The notes under the pieces: generated by a model
What the model was told of the DNA's origin: nothing
Database searches by the model: none
Seen by the model: the letters and a program-made list of their open reading frames with translations, nothing else
Position numbers and translations under genes: made by a program
In this document: positions 51,426-64,000 of the stretch, in pieces
Numbering within the stretch: position 1 is the stretch's first letter
Layout of the letters: every line of letters starts with the position of its first letter
Assembly: GCA_951406725.2 (NCBI GenBank)
Contig: OX597832.1
Location: 40,858,001 to 40,922,000, forward strand
Length of the DNA: 64,000 bases
DNA from: Octopus vulgaris
Taxonomy: Eukaryota
Direction of reading: 5' to 3'

Positions 51426-51777
51426 TGTTTATAACTATTAATTAAATACAGCTATAAACTATTTATTCTATTTTGTTTATCATTTCTAAAGTGTTCCCTC
51501 TCTACTTTTTGGAAAATCCCAAACACATGATTTGGTTCGCCCTAGGATATGATGCCACCAAACTGGCTGTACTTTCACCAGGCTCTAATTGTAAGGTATT
51601 ATTAATGTATATGCGTTAAATGCCATTGTTATTAGTCAACTTCAAAAATGAGTCCTTTAGGGTGCGTCACGTTCTCATATTCATATCCTGGTAAAGCACA
51701 CTCTAATATTCGTCTTTGAAGTCGACAAAATAAGTAGCAGTCATGAAATGGTGTTTCAATAATTAGTTAATTGTATA

Positions 51778-52066
51778 GGTATTGAAGGTGTTTATAAGCC
51801 ATTTAAGAAACACACAAAAACCATTAGATTCACTCCAACATTTAAATTTAATTTGTCAAAAGATTTTCAGTGATTCGAGACCGCGACCTGTTCACTGACA
51901 AAACTTTGTGCAGCACGAAGTTTGACAAATTAAATTTAAATGTTGAAGTGAATCTAACAGTTTTTGTGTGTTTCTTAAATGGCTTATAAACACCTTCCAC
52001 GCTGCAATTGTTTTCGTTCCAGCACACCATCTCAGATCAGGTCACTTGCTATGCAAGTGCATCTCC
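51778..52066. mobile_element. Fold-back element, G3-C8 hammerhead family
   Basis: Inverted arms; 11-bp TSD TTAATTGTATA (51767-51777, 52067-52077). Confidence 0.82.
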
Positions 52067-54237
52067 TTAATTGTATATGTTGTTATTCTAATCAGAACTG
52101 TTTTTTTTTAACTATTGATCTGTAGCAGAGGTCAGTAAATTCTTTCTGTGACGTAATACGAATCATTTACCCATGGTTCACATCCGCAAAAGATTGTTTC
52201 AAAACCATCGACCACTCCATAGATTACATATATATAAAATTTTTTATATTTTTAGAAAAAATACGAGTCCCACAGAGACCGCTAATTTGTAGAGCGTAGC
52301 TTACCTATTACCGACCTGTAGTCTGGAGTAAAGGACTCTCACAAATCTTTACAAGTCTTCTGAGACCGGTGAGATATTTCCAGTTAATGATCTTAAACAA
52401 TTGCATGTCAACGATTACAGAAAAAAACAAAACATATTCAGGGTGGGAGGGATTTGAATGGGCCGACATTCTCCTTCCTTGGCGCAATAGTTCACATGGT
52501 GTGGGTGTAAGGGCTGAGAAGCCTTAACAGTTTAGTGACGTGAGAGGATCAGTAAGTGGAGGTAAGGACAAATAGGTGTTAAGAAATTGACTCCTACTGA
52601 TCGGAAGGAGCTGGAATTTTTCTATTGTTAATGTTTTCATTTTCTTATTCTCATTACTTCTAAAGTAAGACAGTAATGCAACTTGTTCCATTCCAAACAT
52701 TTACCAAAGTCATTGTCTTCATCTCCTGCCAAGCAACTGCAAATGAACATGGACGTCTTCATGAAGCAACAGTGCTTTTACATTATTGGGGGAAAAATCT
52801 TCAGCTCACTTTTTTGGACGTAATTCAAACAGGAAAAGAAATCCCCAAAGGGAACCACACATTTTTGAGTGGGTGTATATATAATATTATATACACCAGC
52901 TTAAACTCATAATCTCAGTAATGATGTGTCATGCTGGGCTTCAGATGATTGTACATAAAGCAAAAATTTGCTACTTATTAACTTGATACCCAGTGTGTTG
53001 TGTTCAAGACACTTGAACAAGCAAATTTCATTGGCATTGTTAACTTGTAATAAAATAAGATGCTCAGACTTTAATAAGTTAATTTACAAATTTTCTAAAT
53101 GGCTCAAACTTTGAAGTGTCTTCATTTTAAGATTTACCACAGGCTTTATTTTTCGCAATGGTATGCCTTTTCTGAAAACAACACTGCCTTAACATGATAT
53201 TCCTATAACCACTGTTATCACTCCTTTCAGACTGTACGAATTTCTACATACACCTTTTGGCCTAAAATACGCAGCACTATCCTTTCAGTGCTAGATGGAA
53301 ACCGAGCGTATGGGTCTAGACTTTTCACATACCCAGATGACATCTTTATTGCAAGCCAAAATACAAAACTACTCAAGAAGCACTTAGTGGCTCTTTTACT
53401 TGAACAATATAGTTTGGTTAGTCAAACCCACTTTGTCTTTTAAGAGTCCTACATTCAAATTCCAACACATGACTTAGTACATTAACACCACCAGGTCTTT
53501 GTTAAATATGCCATTTATAAACAACTATGTATTTATCTTGCCTAACTTTCATGCTTTCTGCTCTTCGTTTGAGAGTCACCTTTTAGAGAAAGCTGTTGCA
53601 ATTTGGTCTTTAATTTGCATATATAAAAAACAGCTTGTTTTCTGTGCCATAAATTGTACAAGCACATGCTCTTGAAACATTATTCTAATTTATCACATTA
53701 GTTCTAATTTCTAGGCCATATTCAAATTCAGATGTTTTCTTTTAATTCCTCTATCACTTGATGCCATTTTGAAATGTAAGAATTGTGAAATTTTAGGAAA
53801 ACTTAGAATTCAGAAATTACCAACTAACACTACCAACTAATAGCATAATAGTTTAAAGTAAGCTAAGACTGAAAGCAAGTCAATCAAATGCTACCCAGAT
53901 GAAATGCAATATGAAATGTTCTCAAACCCATCCATTTGCACACACATATACACACATACTGCAAACATGTGCACTTACAAAAGCACACAAATGTCCATGC
54001 AAACTCGGAGTTTCCCATAATACAGTTGGCCAATATTTAGTGAGACAAGAGGCAGAGTTTAGGTTTAATTGGTGTGTTTTTAAGAACACAGAAATATTTG
54101 TTTGGGATATACTTTGATTGCAACTGGAGAGCTGCCCAGGGTCCAGTTGTCTGTTTTGGCATGATGCTCATGGCTGGATGCCCTTCCTAAGGCCAACCCG
54201 TTTTCAGAGTGTACTGGGTGCTTTTTACATAATACCA

Positions 54238-54495
54238 GCATACATACATACATACATACATACATACATACATACATGCATGCATGCATGCATACATACA
54301 TACATACATACATACATACATACATACATACATACATACATACATACATACATACATACATACATACATACATACATGCATGCATACATACATACATGCA
54401 TACATAAATACATACATACATGCATATATACATACATACATACATACATACATGCATACATACATACATACATACATACATACATAAATACATAC

Positions 54496-54526
<31 letters not shown>

Positions 54527-54647
54527 CATACATAAATACATACATACATACATACATACATACATACATACATACATACATACATACATACATACATACA
54601 TACATACATAAATACATACATACATACATACATACATAAATACATAC

Positions 54648-54678
<31 letters not shown>

Positions 54679-54743
54679 CATACATACATACATACATACA
54701 TACATACATACATACATACATACATACTTACATGCATACATAC
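54238..54743. repeat. (CATA)n array, left part (continues 57260-57512)
   Basis: Direct. Confidence 0.97.
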
Positions 54744-57259
54744 GCTTCTTGACTTCATGGATGACTTCTTCTTGTCCCAACTGGTACTCGAACCAACGAG
54801 ATGTCACAAAAACGTCTTAGACTTAATTTTCAGCAATCACACTGATACTATCCACAATATTGCAGTGGAGAAAACCCTACTCTCCGACCATGACATGGTT
54901 CTCTGTGATCTGAGATTTCACTGGCCAAAATGCAAAACAAATGTCATCCCTCCTGTTCATCCATTTGACACTATGGATTTCCACAATGCAAACTGGGAAG
55001 CGATCAATAATGATCTTGCACAAGTCGATTGGTCCTTCACGCACACATACACACCCACTAACATCAAAAAGTCCTGGCAGTCACTTGTAGACACCATCAC
55101 GAACATATGTGCAAGACACACCCCATTAAGATCTGCAAACAAATCTAAGTGTCGAATCCCTAGAAATAGAAAATCTCTCATAAGGAAAATTAAAAGAATC
55201 AACAAAAAGATCAACATGCTGAAATACTGTCAACAGCAACACACCAACCTGACTGCCATCTCGTCGCTAGAGATTAAAAAACATAAACTCCAAATCAACA
55301 TGATGTCTATCATCAATAGTCAGCGAAGAGCTGAAGAGGCCTGGGCCATTGAGAAGATCAAACTCAATCCCAAAGTGTTCTTTTCATTTGCAAAAAAACA
55401 CAGAGTCACTGGTTCTACTGTTGGCCCTCTGATTGATGAAAATGGTATTCTTCAAGACAATGCCAAAACCATGGGAGAAATATTGCAGAAACAATATTGC
55501 TCTGTTTTCAACAATCCTGATATGACTGATCTGGGCTGTATCAGTGATGTTACTCCCCAATACACTTTATCGGACATAACATTTGGCGCTCCTGATGTCT
55601 TAGCAGCAATAAAGGAAATGAAGCATAATTCAGCAGTAGGTCCCGATAGGTTCCCTGCTTGTGTCTTGAAGATGTGTCAAAACCAACTTGCACCCCCTCT
55701 AGCCAATCTGTGGCGGAACTCATTGGATGCTGGATATATACCAGAAGACCTTCTATCCCAGTCTGTTGTCCCAGTTTTCAAAAAAGGAAACAAATCACTT
55801 GCCGTGAATTACCGTCCAATCTCACTCACCTCTCATATCATCAAGGTATTTGAGAGGGTGCTGAGATCGCGTATGACTCACTTCCTTGAGAGTCATAATA
55901 TGCTGAACCCCAACCAGCATGGATTCCGTAATGGGAGAGATTGCCTGACGCAGCTACTGCATCATTTTGATGACATTTTGAGAGCCTTGGGAGAGGGTTC
56001 CAACACTGATGTCATCTACCTTGATTTCAGCAAGGCCTTTGACAGGGTTGATCATAAGATCCTTCTGAGAAAGCTGTCCAATATTGGTGTCACTGGAAAG
56101 CTGCTGCAATGGATCAAGTGCTTCCTCTCTAACAGAACCCAACATGTTGTAGTCGAAGGAGTCAAATCCAGCCCAGCCAAAGTCAGCAGTGGTGTCCCAC
56201 AAGGCACTGTGTTGGGCCCACTTCTCTTCATCATCTACATAAATGATATTACTGACACCATCAAACACAGCAACATCAGAACCTTCGCTGATGATTCCAA
56301 GCTCCAGAAGGTCATCAATGGCGTGGATGACCGAATAAACCTTCAGTCAGACCTACTAGCTGTTGTCCAATGGGCGGAAAAGAATAACATGTTGCTAAAT
56401 GAAGACAAATTCGAACTGATCCACTTTGGAAGGGAGGACGCTCTGAAACTCCCATACTCTCTTCCTTCTGGAGAAATTCTCATGGCATCCAACAACATCA
56501 GAGACCTGGGAGTAACAGTGGACAACAACATAAGCTGGGCTACACATATAAGCAGCAAAGTTGACATGGCCCGCAGAATGTGTTCCTGGATTCTCAGAAC
56601 CTTCCAGTCGAGAGATTCCCACGCTATTATCCTTCTCTTCTCCACTTTTGCCCGACCCCACCTTGAATACTGCTGTCCACTGTGGTCTCCCTACACAAAA
56701 CAAAATATTATGAGAATTGAAGCTCCCCAAAGGTCAATCACAAAAAAGGTAGATGGCATGTCAGACCTTGACTACTGGGGTAGACTAGAGAAGCTGAAAT
56801 TGTATTCACTCCAACGACGCCGTGAACGCTACATTATCTGTATGATGTGGAAAATATTCCATCAGCACTGTCCGAATGATGTTGGCATCACCTTCAAAAT
56901 GCATCCAAGGCTTGGACCACGTGCCATCCGTCCACAACAAAAATCTAAATCGCATCACATAACGACAATACGGCACAACTATTTCACCTCAATTGGACCC
57001 GCTCTCTTCAACATTACACCAGGACACGTCAAAAAAGAAACTGACCACACAAAATTCAAGAAGTCTTTGGACAAATTCCTTCAAACAGTACCGGACAAAC
57101 CATCCACACCCGGATATGTCTCCGCAAACAATAACTCTCTGCTCGAATGGGCCTTGGTGCCCAAATCCTGAACTGAAAGACTTCGCCAGGTGGTGCTATT
57201 AAGTTAGACATGGCCTGGGCCAATACTGGCCAAAAACCTTTCTAAGTTATTCTAAGTTA
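54744..57259 (+). mobile_element. Young 5'-truncated CR1-clade LINE
   Basis: 17-bp TSD CTTACATGCATACATAC (54727-54743, 57260-57276); (TTCTAAGTTA)2 tail; short 3' UTR. Confidence 0.95.
54757..57171 (+). CDS. LINE ORF2 remnant: end of APE endonuclease plus complete reverse transcriptase (804 aa, uninterrupted)
   Basis: LDLIF/SDHD (EN C-terminus), NYRPISLTS, QHGFR, YLDFSKAFDRVDH, GVPQGTVLGPLLF, FADD, RDLGV, RPHLEYC, LYSLQRRRERY. Confidence 0.93.
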   Translation: MDDFFLSQLVLEPTRCHKNVLDLIFSNHTDTIHNIAVEKTLLSDHDMVLCDLRFHWPKCKTNVIPPVHPFDTMDFHNANWEAINNDLAQVDWSFTHTYTPTNIKKSWQSLVDTITNICARHTPLRSANKSKCRIPRNRKSLIRKIKRINKKINMLKYCQQQHTNLTAISSLEIKKHKLQINMMSIINSQRRAEEAWAIEKIKLNPKVFFSFAKKHRVTGSTVGPLIDENGILQDNAKTMGEILQKQYCSVFNNPDMTDLGCISDVTPQYTLSDITFGAPDVLAAIKEMKHNSAVGPDRFPACVLKMCQNQLAPPLANLWRNSLDAGYIPEDLLSQSVVPVFKKGNKSLAVNYRPISLTSHIIKVFERVLRSRMTHFLESHNMLNPNQHGFRNGRDCLTQLLHHFDDILRALGEGSNTDVIYLDFSKAFDRVDHKILLRKLSNIGVTGKLLQWIKCFLSNRTQHVVVEGVKSSPAKVSSGVPQGTVLGPLLFIIYINDITDTIKHSNIRTFADDSKLQKVINGVDDRINLQSDLLAVVQWAEKNNMLLNEDKFELIHFGREDALKLPYSLPSGEILMASNNIRDLGVTVDNNISWATHISSKVDMARRMCSWILRTFQSRDSHAIILLFSTFARPHLEYCCPLWSPYTKQNIMRIEAPQRSITKKVDGMSDLDYWGRLEKLKLYSLQRRRERYIICMMWKIFHQHCPNDVGITFKMHPRLGPRAIRPQQKSKSHHITTIRHNYFTSIGPALFNITPGHVKKETDHTKFKKSLDKFLQTVPDKPSTPGYVSANNNSLLEWALVPKS

Positions 57260-58167
57260 CTTACATGCATACATACATACATACATAAATACATACTTAC
57301 ATACATACATACATACATGCATGCATACATGCATACATGCATGCATACATAAATACATACATACATGCATATATACATACATACTTACATGCATACATAA
57401 ATACATACATACATGCATACATACATACATACATACATACATGCATACATACATACATACATACATGCATACATACATACTTAATTGCATTCATACATAC
57501 ATACATACATACACATGTGTGTGTATGACTTTGTGTTTGTCTGTAACTTAGTAGTTCAGCAAAAGAGAATGATAAAATAAATATCAAACTTTAGAATGTA
57601 AGTACTGGGGTCAACTTGTTCATCTAAAACCCTCAAAGGCAATGCTCCAGCATGGCTGCAGTCTAATGAGTGAAGCCAGTAAAAGATAAAAGATAAACAA
57701 ATATACACCCATATATACACATGTGCATGAATGTGTATGCGTATGCACATATATGAGTATGCATTTACATATAAACATGCCCTTATAAACCCAGGTGTGT
57801 GTATGCTTACATGGTGATATACATTTTATGATGTGAATACATAAATAGGTAGACAACAAGAAACAGCTGATGTGCAAAAGCATCTGGTCCTCAGAAAGTA
57901 AATTAAATGCGTTAGTTGCATACACACACGTGTGTGTGTGTGTGTGTTTTTGGCCCCCACTACCACCACTACTTGATGGCCAGTGTTGATATGCTTATGC
58001 CCCCGTAACTTAGTGGTTCTGCAAAAGAGATTGATAGAATAAGTACCAGGCTTTTAAAAAAAAATGAATAAATACTAGTGTTGATTCATTTGACTAACAA
58101 TTCTTCAAGTTGGTGCCCCAGCATGGCCGCAGTCTAATGACTGAAACAAGTAAAGGATAAAACATAA

Positions 58168-58222
<55 letters not shown>

Positions 58223-58700
58223 CCATCTTAAAAGTAAATAAATACCATCATTTTTTGTAAAGGTCTATTTCTAGAAACAAAATAGTGTTGATTGCATTTA
58301 AATACTTAATCTAGTATCTAGTAGTCATGCCTTGTGCAGTTTTTAATGAATAAACTCGTTTGGACATTGTACTGATGAGAAGTGTCTGCACAAAGAAAAC
58401 AGTGTAATGAGGAGTGTCTATTTCCTTTTGAGACACACACACACTCACATACACATATACACACACATACACACACACACATATTTCAAAAATTTAGCAG
58501 AAATACAATAAAAATGGAATATTTTACAAAAACATAAAAAACAAAATTTGTAGCTAATTCTTCGTCAGTCAACATCCAAAAGATCCTTACAGTTTCACAC
58601 CTTTAACAATATTTGTTTCAGTCATTAGACTGTAACTATCCTGGGGCACCACCTTCACTTTTTGGTCAAATGAATTGATACCAGTACTTTATATCTTTTC

Positions 58701-58977
58701 CATGACTTTCGGAAACATTTTTTTTACGCTAAGAGTTGCTAAAGCATGGAACAAACTGCCGGCATCAGTTGTTAGTTGTCAGAGCACTGCATCCTTCAAA
58801 ACTTCCATGCTTCCTGAGATTCGCCAACACTACACCTGATTTTCTCCCCTCCATACACACACAAGCATGTATCTGACTCATACACTGTTCGCTTTCCAGA
58901 CATTTGTACATTACTGCATATGCTTTATATGCACTTTTGACGAGCTGTGGTGCACTTGAGCACTGTATACAATAATT

Positions 58978-59018
<41 letters not shown>

Positions 59019-59021
59019 TAT
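58701..59021 (+). mobile_element. CR1-clade LINE 3' end with (ATT)n tail, nested in a family-A SINE remnant
   Basis: HDFRKHFF.LRVAKAWNKLPASVVSC...*; SINE sequence on both sides. Confidence 0.87.
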
Positions 59022-59331
59022 TTTTATAAGCCTGGTACTTAATTTTATTGGTCGCTTTTTGCTAAACCATAACTATCACAAAGGATTGTTGTGAATTAAA
59101 ATTCACAATTAATCACAAAAGAAATGAAATTACAAAAAATTTAATTTATTTTATAAAAAAATTACATCTCAGCATCAGAGAAAATTTGATCTGCTTTTCT
59201 CAATGAAGGCCAAACTAGAGAGGAAGCAGAGAGGAGTAATAAGTAGCACCAAAAACAATTTACTACATTGAAACTGATTATTTTTGCTACTTTCCTAGTA
59301 CCAACAACAAATTTATTTTATATACTAAGAT

Positions 59332-59649
59332 GGCACTCTGTCAATTACAATGATGAGGATTCCGGATGATCCAATCAATGGAACAGCCTGATTGTGAAAT
59401 TAATGCTCAAGTGATTGAGCATTCCACAGACACACGCTCTCAATGCAGTTCTCAGGGAGGTTCGGCATGACACAGAACATGGCCAGACTGGCCCTTTGAA
59501 ATACAGGTACAGCTTATTTTACCAGCTGAGTGGACTGGAGCAACATGAAACAAAATGTTTTGCTCAAGGACACAAAGTGCTGCCAGGAATCAAACTCATC
59601 TCCTTATGATTGTCAGCCAAATATCCTACCCACTAAGCCATGCGTCTTC
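59332..59649 (-). mobile_element. Diverged family-C SINE
   Basis: Reverse-complement match to 15866-16190. Confidence 0.8.
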
Positions 59650-59864
59650 ATATATGTCGTTAGAAACTTTAGAAAATAAAATATCACATTCATAAGATGC
59701 AGTAATTGATCGGCAGACTTTTAGAATACCAATCACTACCTCATGGATAAGAAAGAAAGAAAGAGGGCAATGAATTGGGTGAATGCTTCTTTCTGTGAAA
59801 GAATTTTTTTTGTCCAAAATATATAGCTTATTTCACATACATACATGCATACATACACACATAC

Positions 59865-60030
59865 AATAGGCTTCCACTCAGTTTCCATCAACCAAATTTA
59901 CTGACAAGGCACGAATCAAGCCTGGAGCTATAGCGGAAGACACTTGCCCAAGATACTGCACGGTGGAACTGAACCGAAATCTATGCGGTTTTCTAAGCGA
60001 GCTTCTTAGCCACGCAGCCATGCCTGTGCC
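59865..60030 (-). mobile_element. Family-A SINE head
   Basis: Reverse-complement head and core. Confidence 0.75.
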
Positions 60031-60851
60031 TCTATGGAAAGATTAATGGGGTAAGTGATCTCGGCAAGAAAGTGGTCTTAGATAAGAAACTCATTCTCGA
60101 AAAGGGTTAGTGGGAAAAAACAAAAATAGCAGTCGGAGGTTATAAGTCTAGCCTCATTACATAATTGCAGTCATTGTATTTCTTTTCATAGTTTCTTGGC
60201 CTAATTTCACGGACAAAGCTTCTCTACACTCTGTCACTCTGTTATCTGTTTGTTGCTGTTGTTGGCATTGATGATGACACTATTGTTGTTGTTGTTGTTG
60301 TTGTTGTTGTGTTCGCCAATAATGGTGAAGTCAATATGTCTTTAATCCCAATATCATCAACTTCTAATACCTGAACTTTACTCTTGTGATAACAGTTGAC
60401 TTACATCAGCAACGACAATGACAACGACGATGACAACAACAACAACAATAACATCAATAACAACAGCAACAATAATCCATCATTAATATCTCAGTCACTA
60501 CACCACCACCGCTATCATCAACAACACCAATACTGATATCCTTGCTACAGTGTGTTTTTTTTTTTCTTTTTGCAAAGAACACAACTAAATACTTACAATG
60601 AATACAACAAAAAACAAACAAAAATTTAAATACAAAAGACAAAAAGAAAATGAGGTACTTTCCTATTATCAACGGCCAATTTTTACTATTATGAAAATAA
60701 TTAGTAAATTAACAAACTATTGGACTCCTATTAGATTCATGAGACAAGTGTAATAGTTAGTTGATCATTGAACTTTCAGAATAGCAATCACAGCCTCATG
60801 GAGGAAAAGTACCAATTAGTACATATATATATATGAGATGCAGTACGGAAT

Positions 60852-60902
60852 TTTGTCAGTGAACAGGTTGCGGTCTCAAAGCGACGAAAATATTTTGACA
60901 AA
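60852..60902 (+). ncRNA. Minimal type I hammerhead with G3-C8 core, inside a 205-bp monomer (60835-61039)
   Basis: TTTGTCA-GTGAACA-G-GTTGC-ggtctcaaa-GCGAC-GAA-AATATT-T-TGACAAA. Confidence 0.62.
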
Positions 60903-61159
60903 TTAAATTTAAATGTTGAAGTGAATCGAATGGCTTTTGTGTGTTTCTTAAATGGCTTATAAACACCTTCCACGCTGCAATAGTTTTCGTTCCAGCACTC
61001 GAATCTCAGATCAGGTCACTTGCTATGCAAGTACATCTCTGTAATACCTATTAATATTTACTGGAAAAAGGCATGGAATTGGAGCACCATCCGATCGTGG
61101 CCGTTGCCAGCCTCGCTTGGCCCCTGTGCCAGTGGCATGTAAAAAGCACCATCCGATTG

Positions 61160-61310
61160 TGTGAAGAAAATAAGATACCCTTCCCCTCACCCCTAACCCT
61201 AATCCTAAAATAGATTGAAATGCAATAGATCGATTCTAGGGCCATAATTATGGGTGACAATTTCATATGACACCGCTACAAAAAACTGCCGTTCAAACCA
61301 AAAAGATCCC
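61160..61310 (-). mobile_element. Partial copy of the TTAGGG-containing MITE
   Basis: Reverse complement of 37108-37270; fused to a family-D SINE fragment (61082-61155). Confidence 0.82.
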
Positions 61311-61976
61311 TTATTGTTGTTAAGTCTCCAGTTAAGTTTGATTGAGCAAGCCTTTCATTATAGGTGTTCAAGCTGTATTATTCTGTGTTTTAAGTGGCAC
61401 GTAGGCAACATCATATATTATGTCTTCATTTGGGATAAGATTAGAGAGAAATCTAGCTGCTAATTTTAGCAAATTGAGTGACCAGATAGAGGCTCTTTCA
61501 CTGGCTCCACTCAACATAAAGTCGTTTCCTCTAGTCAATTTGTACAAGCTGGACCTGAGATGACAGCTGACATTTATAAGATGTACTCAGCCATATAGTC
61601 TACAGAAGGCAATATATACACATAACATGTATGTATCGAGTCAACATCTACAGATAATCAGAGATTATCAAGTTATGTACAAACAGCCTGAATAATAGTG
61701 GACATCAGCTTGTTTCAACACTACCACCCCCACCTTCTGATTTAAGTATTGACCTCTCCCCACCCTTTCCCATTTAAGTAGTTGCTAGTCTTTACATTGG
61801 TTCATTTTGGTAGTGATTGGATGAGAACAGGTGTGCCGATGAGAACAGGTGTGCAGATGACAACAGATAAAGACATAAATTATAATTTATTCTCCCATCA
61901 ACAAAATAATAATAATAATGGTTTCTTATTTAGGTGCTAAGCCAGCAATTTTGATGTGAGGGATTTAGTCAATACC

Positions 61977-62207
61977 TATTTCTTTACTACCCATAAGGGG
62001 CTAAACACAGAGGGGACAAACAAGGACAGACAAAGGGAATAAGTCGATTACATCGACCCCAGCGCATAACTGGTACTTAATTTATCGATCCAGATAGGAT
62101 GAAAGGCAAAGTTGACCTCGGCGGAATTTGAACTCAGAATGTAACGGCAGATGAAATACAGCTACGCATTTCGCCCGGCATGCTAACGTTTCTGCCAGCT
62201 CGCCACC
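61977..62207 (-). mobile_element. Family-B SINE nested in an older family-B copy
   Basis: tttagtcaatacc on both flanks. Confidence 0.88.
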
Positions 62208-63256
62208 TTAGTCAGTTTAGTCAATACCATCAACCCCAGTACTTGATTAGCACTTTATTCTATCAACCCCAACTGGATTTAAACCCTTTATGTACATAAT
62301 CAGAAGAAATGCCACAAGATATTTTGTTAGGCACTCTAATAATTCTGTCAATCCACCACCTTAATAATAACAATAACAACAACAATAATTATTTCTACTA
62401 TAGGCACAAGGTCTTGAAATTTTTGTGTAGGGGGTATTATCTAATTACATGACCCTAATGCTCAACTAGTTCTTATCTTATAGACCCTAAAAAAAAAAAG
62501 ACAAAAGGCAAAGTCAGTCTCAGTGGAATTTGAACTCAGAATGTAAAGAGCTGGAAGATATGCTAGTAAGCATTTTATCCAACATGCTAATAATAACAAA
62601 TTCTTTTATTAGTAAAAGTGGTCCAAGGTGTTGGGGGACAATGCAAGGATGAAATACAAAAAACAGCAAGAGGTGGGGTAGAACAAATAAAAGGAAATAA
62701 TATTATTTGAGAACTTCTAGGGTGTATTTTTTTATGTCTTAGAACATAAGGTTTTTTTGGGGATGGGATTCCTTTTATTTCCCCCTCTGAACTAAGTGTG
62801 TATATTTAGCATGACTCAGGACAAATGTTTCATGGTAAAATAAAATGTGAGCTGAATTTGAAATTAGTTCCTGTTTGCCAACTTGTGGTTACATTTGTAA
62901 ACAGAAGTTACTTCATATTGACTACAATGACTAGACACAAAGTAAGTGTGAGGCAAGACTTGATGTAGGCCAAGTGGCTCGTATCTTGTACTTTAAAAAG
63001 TTATTTCTTCTCTTTGACAAGCATTTATGAGATTCCACAGAATGCAAAAATAAACTTTGCAATTATTACAAGCATCTGCTTTCTCTTTCTTTCTTTCATT
63101 CTGTCTTTCATTCATTCATTCATTCATTCATTCATTCATTCTTCGTCTGACTTAGAATAATTTACTGAAGAAACGATTGTACCTGAACTTTTTGTGATTG
63201 GTCCTCTATTTCATTGGTTTCAAATTTTGGCACAAGGCCAGCAATTTAGAGAGTGA

Positions 63257-63506
63257 GGATGGCACGTAAAAAGCACCATCCGTCCGTGGCCGTTTGCCAG
63301 CTCCGTCTGGCACCTGTGCGGGTGGCACGTAAAAAGCACCCACTACACTCACGGAGTGGTTGGCGTTAGGAAGGGCATCCAGCCCTAGAAACACTGCCAG
63401 ATCAGACTGGGCCTGATGCAGCCTTCTGGCTTCCCAGACCCCAGTTGAACCGTCCAACCCATGCTAGCATGGAAAGCGGACGCTGAATGATGATGATGAT
63501 GATGAT
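63257..63506 (+). mobile_element. Family-D SINE 3' part ((GAT)n tail), nested in a minus-strand family-B SINE (63215-63650)
   Basis: tggcgttaggaagggcatccagc domain and ccaacccatgctagcatggaaagcggacg tail; fragments also at ~8980, 23610, 26550 and 54110. Confidence 0.82.
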
Positions 63507-64000
63507 CAACCCCTGTGATCAACTGCAACTTATTTTATCGACTCTGAAAGGATAAAAGGCAAAGTCGACCTTGGTAGAATTTGAACTCAGAATGCAAAGA
63601 CAGACAAAATTCAGCTAAGCGTTTTGCCTGATTCTGCCAGCTTGCTGCCTTCAGTCCTCTATTTTATTGACATATAAACGATCACCTTCTGTTATAACAG
63701 TGTAAAGTGATGAAAAATATCAATACTGTGTCAAAAGAAATCACAGGCTGGTTGTTGCTGTTGATGTTTAGATTCAAGTCAACCTTGATTGAACAGATAT
63801 ATGATCAAATGTTCTCCAGCCATGACCATCCTGTCGTTTTCTCAGTCGTTATATATCTCAAACAATATCCTTGGTTATTGCTGACTTTTAAACCTAAGTC
63901 AGTTCTGTGTAGGTATATGAATAAAAAATGTCTTAGGAGAAGAGAGAAAGAAAACAAAACAGAATTAATCTCCAATTAACAATAGACCTATAAGTTCAAA

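Noticed and set aside
54957-56730. Minus-strand ORFs over the LINE
   Set aside because: Shadow frames of the RT ORF.
60240-60400. Short minus-strand frame KSKVQVLEVDDIGIKDILTSPLLANTTTT
   Set aside because: Low-complexity, no clear splice sites or recognisable homology.

Overview
AT-rich, microsatellite- and transposon-dense metazoan genomic DNA; the SINE families and repeat style point to an octopus or other coleoid cephalopod (inferred). Bases 1394-14204 (+) carry the last ten coding exons of a type II diacylglycerol kinase (DGK delta/eta-like): the end of the accessory catalytic domain, a helical linker and the SAM domain, with all GT-AG introns phase-consistent. A candidate alternative last exon lacking an intact SAM domain starts at 19168, and the transcription unit may run to about 30.6 kb. 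The rest is repeat landscape: four SINE families, four decayed mariner copies, hAT/piggyBac/Merlin-type MITEs, a complete non-autonomous Helitron, CR1-clade LINE pieces (one young, TSD-flanked copy with an unbroken 804-aa RT ORF inside a (CATA)n array), an R2-like relic and a possible VWA/TSP1 gene relic. The most interesting signal is a set of short, often fold-back elements resembling Penelope-like pseudo-LTRs that carry minimal hammerhead ribozyme motifs with non-canonical cores. These include a family with a compensatory G3-C8 core swap and one RNA (40122-40216) whose hammerhead strands occur in reversed, non-circularly permuted order. Most ORF-track entries are translations of microsatellites or SINEs.
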